Shown: in pieces, positions 62,585 through 64,000 of the stretch | Layout of the letters: each line of letters opens with the position of its first letter | Numbering within the stretch: position 1 is the stretch's first letter | From: Tetramitus jugosus | Taxonomy: Eukaryota; Protista; Heterolobosea | DNA length: 64,000 bases | Reading direction: 5' to 3' | Assembly: GCA_937625935.1 (NCBI GenBank) | Contig: OW569383.1 | Coordinates: 248,001-312,000, forward strand | Program-made: the position numbers and the translations under genes | The notes under the pieces: model-generated | Seen by the model: only the letters and a program-made list of their open reading frames with translations | What the model was told of the DNA's origin: nothing | The model's database searches: none

Positions 62585-64000
62585 CTAAAATTCTGTATTA
62601 TGCGATTGACGATGTTTCTGTTGCACGACAGTAAAGTGTGTCAACAGCTCCCTATTAATTTCGTCATCCCGTTCCGTTGATGGTTGTGGTTTTGAGTCAT
62701 TCACTGGGATCAACTGGAGCAGTGCCAGTGTGTTCACGCATTGTAACCTCTTGTTCAACTTGTCGTAGGCTGTACTCTGTGGAAGTAGCATTAAAATACC
62801 ATACAGAGCTTTCAATAAATAAATTTCTTTGGCTGGCTCCAGTAGTTGAAGTCTTAAGTCAGCAAACACGGGTGATTCGATAAGCTGTACCAAGTTATCA
62901 ATCTGAACCAAAAAGCTAACAGAAGCATCAATCTGAGAAAATGTTTTGACCAACTCGCACGCATGCTTGTAGTTCTTTGCCAAGAGACACAAGCTGAGTG
63001 TTGCCACAGGGTTATGACACCAACTCTTGTACAATTGTTGGAATAGTTCTACACTCTCGGGACAGCTTGACCCCTTCTTGATCAACTCTCGCAACTCCGA
63101 CAGCTCCTTGCTGGTCAACAGGATCATGTTCAGAGTTTGAATCATAACACTGCAAAACTCTAGATTCGTGTCATATGTCTGTAAAATCTTGGACAATTCA
63201 CAATAAATCTTCTCCGGGTCCAACATGACTGACAATTGTCGAATGATGAAACCTGCCTTGGCCAATAATTTCTGATCCGTGCGCAACATACTCACCAAAT
63301 TCTTCAAAAACTTGACAAAGTTTTGCTCAGTGGAAGAGACAATGGCCAAAACTTCCAAGTCCAGCGAAACGACTTCATCTGAAGGATCAGACAGCGTCTT
63401 CAACAGCAATATGAACACCACATCAATCACCTTCATCACACTGTCCATGTCCTTGTTCAACAAAATGTGTAACCAATTGAGTGCAACCACTCTACTCGGC
63501 ACAGAAAACTTTTCCAGTTCAACCTTTAGATGATGCAACAGTTCATTGAACGCAATCTGATGCTTCTGACTCTTTTGTATACACGAAATGAGTTCCTTGT
63601 TGGTCAAGGCAGCTGCCGTCCGTATCGACTCTTGCTTGTGCGATATACTGGGCAAAACAACAGCCACCAGCGACGCATAGTACGGTATGAGCTTATTGTG
63701 CTGACCCAGCAACAAAAACTTGTGAATCCACTGCAGTGCTCTCTCCCTTGTTCTCTCATCTTCCGATGTCGCATGACTACTGATAATGGTCACCAGTGGA
63801 CCCAGATCCACACTATCAGACAACTCACCAATCTCAATCAAAAACTCTTCGAGCACACTGGACGCTCTCTGAACAATTTCCTTGTTTGGATCACTGAGCA
63901 TTGAAAACAGCCCGTGCAGAAACTGTGGCAAATACTCAATCATGTTTATATCGGGAACACTGTCCAGAATCATGATCCAACCCACCAGAAACTGTCGAAC
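62585..64000 (-). CDS. VAC14: VAC14 (PIKfyve/Fab1 complex scaffold), 5' part outside the window
   Basis: LLKTLSDPSDEVV, LNMILLTSKEL, LYKSWCHNPVATLSLCLLA, LVQLIESPVFADLRLQLLEP, ALYGILMLLPQS. Confidence 0.95.
   Translation of the reverse strand, partial: VRQFLVGWIMILDSVPDINMIEYLPQFLHGLFSMLSDPNKEIVQRASSVLEEFLIEIGELSDSVDLGPLVTIISSHATSEDERTRERALQWIHKFLLLGQHNKLIPYYASLVAVVLPSISHKQESIRTAAALTNKELISCIQKSQKHQIAFNELLHHLKVELEKFSVPSRVVALNWLHILLNKDMDSVMKVIDVVFILLLKTLSDPSDEVVSLDLEVLAIVSSTEQNFVKFLKNLVSMLRTDQKLLAKAGFIIRQLSVMLDPEKIYCELSKILQTYDTNLEFCSVMIQTLNMILLTSKELSELRELIKKGSSCPESVELFQQLYKSWCHNPVATLSLCLLAKNYKHACELVKTFSQIDASVSFLVQIDNLVQLIESPVFADLRLQLLEPAKEIYLLKALYGILMLLPQSTAYDKLNKRLQCVNTLALLQLIPVNDSKPQPSTERDDEINRELLTHFTVVQQKHRQSHNTEF

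Overview
Gene-dense, intron-poor nuclear DNA from a eukaryotic microbe. Flagellar genes, Asn/Gln/Thr-rich low-complexity proteins and short GT-AG introns suggest a free-living flagellate or amoeboflagellate; a Discoba/Heterolobosea affinity is inference only. About 30 protein genes are supportable, including SIN1, SET8, organellar-type TOP2, ABCG, Myb, VAC14, ROPN1L/RSP11, a divergent alpha-tubulin and three RCC1 proteins. There are four tRNA genes (Lys-CTT, Pro-TGG, intron-containing Ile-TAT, Ala-TGC) and a solitary 5S rRNA gene. Main discovery: four of the five Pol III genes (possibly all five) carry a non-LTR retroelement inserted head-to-head about 30-47 bp upstream. These have target-site duplications, A-tails and a shared 3' AATAAA-GCAAC...GTTGT hairpin signature, with younger copies stacked in front of older ones, so this looks like a TRE5-like Pol III-targeting family that also hits 5S rDNA. 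Second: just downstream of tRNA-Lys is an intact head-to-head cassette of a stand-alone DIRS/LTR-type reverse transcriptase (no RNase H, integrase or recombinase) and a T5orf172/GIY-YIG nuclease, separated by a C-free 10-bp-period repeat. Also notable are a secreted polyprotein of antimicrobial-peptide-like modules plus an M15/Hedgehog-fold peptidase, and a decaying class II (B12) ribonucleotide reductase. All assignments come from manual motif reading; no searches were run.
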